Position numbers and translations under genes: made by a program
DNA from: Lachnospiraceae bacterium
Lineage (GTDB): Bacteria > Bacillota > Clostridia > Lachnospirales > Lachnospiraceae
Assembly (NCBI GenBank): GCA_016290595.1
Contig: JAEEUR010000001.1
Coordinates: 1 to 60,574 of the forward strand
Length of the DNA: 60,574 nucleotides
Direction: 5' to 3'
The notes under the pieces: generated by a model
Told to the model about the DNA's origin: nothing
Seen by the model: the letters and a program-made list of their open reading frames with translations, nothing else
Databases searched by the model: none
In this document: piece after piece, positions 60,076 through 60,574 of the stretch
How the letters are laid out: every line of letters begins with the position of its first letter
How positions within the stretch are numbered: the stretch's first letter is position 1

Positions 60076-60574
60076 TTAGAACTGGAAGTATACGAAGGTG
60101 GCATCCATCGGAGCCCTGAAGAAAAGGATCAGGGTCACGATCCCGACATAAAACAGATATCTGACGACGGCTTTCCTGCCGGAGACCCACTCGATGACGT
60201 CTGTTTTCAGGGAAGCAAAGTCATAAACGGTAAGCAGGGTCAGCGACAGAATGATCTGCAGGAGTGTCCGCTTTGTGAGCAAGCAGTCCTTCAGTCCCTG
60301 AAACACATAGTTGTAAGGGGAGGATATCCCGTTAAACATCCTGGAGAACAAGGTGAAAACGTCTGACAGCTGATTGGCCCGGAAAAAGGTCCACGCAAGC
60401 GTGCAGAATACAAAGACCAGAGCGGTCTTGAAGAAACCGGAAGCACGCCCCGGCGCTTTCGGATGCTTCTGCTTCAGCAGGTTCAGCGCATTTTCGACGA
60501 TCTGCGCGAGGCCGTGGATCCCGCCCCAGATCACGAAGGTCCAGCTGGCGCCGTGCCACAGGCCGCTGGCCAGG
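60076..60574 (-). CDS. MBOAT family O-acyltransferase, C-terminal part (gene continues beyond window end)
   Basis: The reading frame is open to the window edge. Translation from the edge reads LASGLWHGASWTFVIWGGIHGLAQ..., the conserved MBOAT His region. The Met at 60534 in the track is internal. Confidence 0.8.
   Translation of the reverse strand, partial: LASGLWHGASWTFVIWGGIHGLAQIVENALNLLKQKHPKAPGRASGFFKTALVFVFCTLAWTFFRANQLSDVFTLFSRMFNGISSPYNYVFQGLKDCLLTKRTLLQIILSLTLLTVYDFASLKTDVIEWVSGRKAVVRYLFYVGIVTLILFFRAPMDATFVYFQF

Noticed and set aside
1-60574. A search for prophage, integrative element, toxin-antitoxin or known defence-system genes.
   Set aside because: I recognised no integrase, recombinase, terminase, capsid, restriction-modification, Cas, or abortive-infection-type proteins in any frame. 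The MutS-like ATPase and P-loop pair is the only ambiguous candidate, and it is treated under findings with metabolic hypotheses instead.

Overview
High-GC (roughly 60% by eye) Clostridia-like chromosomal segment. I call about 60 protein genes, all but three on the minus strand. I found no rRNA, tRNA, CRISPR array, transposase, integrase or phage genes. (1) 1-9.5 kb is housekeeping: the 5' part of ppdK (missing from the ORF track), a truncated sigma-70-like gene, efp, nrdR, prfC, a Na/Pi-PhoU transporter and a zinc-ribbon/helical-repeat membrane protein. (2) 9.6-25.2 kb is the most unusual block. It is a 12-gene, tightly coupled surface-appendage locus. A classical sortase pilus set (LPATGG giant adhesin, LPSTGG backbone pilin, class C sortase, LepB-type peptidase) runs directly into a SipW-type peptidase with three TasA/camelysin-like paralogues. 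The locus also encodes a pilin-fold protein without a sorting signal, a MucBP protein, and a membrane protein with Cys/His mini-repeats and a (PETTE)n stalk. (3) 27.9-36.4 kb is a complete lysine-fermentation operon (kal-kce-kdd-kamA-kamD-kamE) ending in an acetoacetate-CoA ligase. It is preceded by a clear lysine riboswitch plus terminator and is interrupted by a repeat-rich structured spacer. (4) 36.4-48 kb is a co-directional string: C39-like peptidase, M20 amidohydrolase, XRE membrane regulator, two radical SAM enzymes (one AmmeMemoRadiSam type), an APH, small enzymes, a LigB-AMMECR1 fusion, a domain-I-less MutS-like ATPase, a P-loop protein and a divergent corrinoid adenosyltransferase. 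(5) 48-60.6 kb holds thpR, a NUDIX gene, a U32 peptidase, zapA, a HIT gene, a polysaccharide trio (flippase, GT2, aminotransferase), mscL with a zinc-ribbon tail, a CPBP protease, nnr, an unlisted 56-aa ferredoxin, and a lower-GC DltD-like/MBOAT pair. All calls come from reading the sequence and translations by eye. No database search or RNA folding was run.
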